Source of the DNA: a bacterium
Lineage (GTDB): Bacteria > Hinthialibacterota > Hinthialibacteria > Hinthialibacterales > Hinthialibacteraceae
Direction: 5' to 3'
Assembly: GCA_963663405.2 (NCBI GenBank)
Contig: CAXXSM010000093.1
Location: 1 to 30,988 of the forward strand
DNA length: 30,988 nt
Shown: positions 28,867 through 30,988 of the stretch, in pieces
Numbering within the stretch: the stretch's first letter is position 1
Layout of the letters: the number at the start of each line of letters is the position of its first letter
Notes under the pieces: generated by a model
The model's database searches: none
The model's input: the letters and a program-made list of their open reading frames with translations, nothing else
Told to the model about the DNA's origin: nothing
Position numbers and translations under genes: made by a program

Positions 28867-30988
28867 ATGGAAGAGAAGAATGTAGATGCGGGGAGAAAAC
28901 AGAGCGTCAGTCTCTTGCATTCAATCAAGAGACCATGCCTGTGTCGAATTCTGGTATTTTGTTTTTTGCTGATGGCCATCGTTCCACTCCTTCTTGTTGG
29001 CGGCATCAGTTACCGGCAGGCGAGAAACAGCCTATGGGAAGCCGCGTTTGAAACCTTGCGTACTTCCGCGACATTAAAATCAGCCTATATCGAGCATTGG
29101 TTTGAGGACCGGTTTATTGATCTTAAAGCCCAGACCGCGAGCAAAAATAATAAACATTTTTTAGAGGAACTTCGACAAGCATATAGAGCCAGTGGCAAAG
29201 AGATAGGAGACTTTATTGGTGATCCTCAGTGGCGAGAACTTATCGATGAACACGCCGCTGATTTGATAACTTTTAAAGAAACCTATGAATACTACGACGT
29301 ATTTCTGATCGATCAAGACGGCGCCGTTCTCTATACCGCCACAGAAGAAGACGATCTAGGAACGAATCTATTCAATGGCCTCTATTCCTATACACTATTC
29401 GCCCAGGCATGCCGGCGCTCTTTGAAATCGGGTTTACCCACCTTTTCGGATTTGGAGTTTTACCCCCCATCTGGCGACATCCCAGCCGGTTTCATTATTT
29501 CTCCAATCACAGACGATGGGGGGGGAGAAGATCGGTCTTTTTGCGCTTCAGATATCAACCGAGAACATAGACTCGATCATGCAGGATCAAACCGGTCTGA
29601 GTAAGACGATTGAGAATTATCTGGTGGGCTCCGATAGACTGATGCGGTCCAACTCAACGTTTGAAACACAACCCACGATTTTACGCGAGTCGATCTATAC
29701 AGAGCAATATCAGTTTTGGTTCAATGAACATCAAGGAAGGGACGCGCAAATCAATGAGAAGATGTACGAGGATGGTTTTGTTTATGAAGGTCCCCATGAC
29801 ATGCTTGTTCTTGGAATCCACAAAAACATAAAGATCGCTGATATCTCATGGGGATTGATTGCCGAAATCGAAGAACAGGAGGCTTTTGCGGCGGCCTATC
29901 AATTACAGAAGATTGTAATCATTCTGACCATCGCGACGTTTTTAATTATACTCTCACTCTCTGTTTTGATTGCCCAACGGATCGTTCACCCTCTTCGAGT
30001 TCTTTCAGAGACAACCCGATGCGTCGCGGAGGGGCAGTATGATCAAGAGATTTCCGTCAGAGCTCACAATGAAATCGGCGACTTGGCAACGAGTTTCCGG
30101 GAAATGCTGGTTGCGTTGCGAGACGCGAAAAAAGCGGCCGACACAGAAGACTGGCTTAAAACAGGGCAAAACCGGGCTTAGTGACATGATGCGTGGTGAG
30201 CAGGATCTGCCTACACTGGGTAGAAATATCATCACGTTTTTGGCGAATTATTTAGATGCGCGGATAGGCGCGTTCTTTGTCATAGAAGATGGAAAGATTC
30301 TTAAACTGACAGCCAGCTACGCCTATACACATACCAATGAGATCGCGGTGGAATACCGGATGGGTGATGGATTGCCCGGCCAGGCCGCATTGGAAAAGAA
30401 AACCATCTTATTAACCGACCCACCGGTCAATTATATCAAAGTGCAGTCCGGTACCGGGATGGCGGCGCCCACATCGATCGTTATACGGCCCATCCTATTC
30501 GAAGAAGAAGTCAACGCGGTAATCGAACTGGGAGCGTTTCGTGATTTTAATAAGAACGAGTTGCTTTTTCTGCAGTCCGTATCCGAGAATATCGGGATTG
30601 CGATTCAAACCGCGCAATCCCGTGTTCGGGTCAATGAATTGCTCGAAAAGACACAGGCCCAGTCCAAGGCGCTCAAGGCGAGAGAAAATGAGCTGCTGAA
30701 TAGTAATGAGGAATTACAAGCGCAGAGTGAAGAACTACTTGCCCGCGAAGAAGAATTACGGGCCAATAATGAACTGCTGGAAGCGCAGACCAAAGAATTA
30801 AGACAATCTGAGGCCCTGCTGCAATCACAACAGGAGGAACTGAAGCAGACCAATGAAGAACTTGAAGAACATCAACATCGTATCGAAAAGCAAAATGTAG
30901 AATTACAAAAGATTCATCACGAACTTGAGAAAAGGGCGAAGGAACTCGAACAAACGAGCCAGTATAAATCCGAATTTCTGGCTAACAT
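28867..30988 (+). CDS. Sensor histidine kinase (TM-Cache-TM-HAMP-GAF-coiled coil-HisKA), frameshifted near 29520 and 30170, truncated at the window end
   Basis: Cache YYDVFLIDQDG; HAMP IVHPLRVLSE..NEIGDLATSFREM; GAF GDGLPGQAALEKK..VIELG; QQEELKQTNEELEE coiled coil; ends SQYKSEFLAN (start of the H-box). Confidence 0.9.

Overview
Bacterial chromosomal window. The protein families present (orphan N-methylation pilin with an IAVPNFLNAQVRAK motif, many secreted modular proteins) suggest an uncultured lineage such as Hinthialibacterota/OLB16 or Sumerlaeota, but this is inference. The left end holds a core block on the minus strand: eno, ftsB-like gene, initiator tRNA-Met, HU/IHF and Asp23, followed by a large secreted Ig-like repeat protein that runs off the window. 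Next come an ECF sigma factor, its anti-sigma factor and a 777-aa exported coiled-coil protein. These are followed by a Tat-exported hydrolase-like gene, a GH13 enzyme, a DUF218-like gene, two tandem secreted FGE-sulfatase (C-lectin fold) proteins that share a novel N-terminal domain, and a BNR sialidase. Further right are a GxxExxY nuclease, an FrhB-like gene with a hypothetical partner, an orphan pilin, a DUF5060/DUF4038 protein, a PIN toxin-antitoxin pair whose toxin has an internal stop, a Tat sugar isomerase, a secreted hypothetical and a partial Cache-HAMP-GAF histidine kinase. Many genes between about 9.8 and 18.9 kb and at 29.5-30.2 kb carry single-base indels that look like long-read errors. 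Two observations stand out. (1) The AT-rich GxxExxY PD-(D/E)XK nuclease gene is preceded by two tandem ~90-bp palindromic units built from CACnGA motifs, and the cassette sits between a promoter and the sialidase start codon. (2) An unannotated 48-aa acidic ORF lies behind an apparently complete sigma54 promoter (enhancer-like boxes, IHF site, -24/-12).
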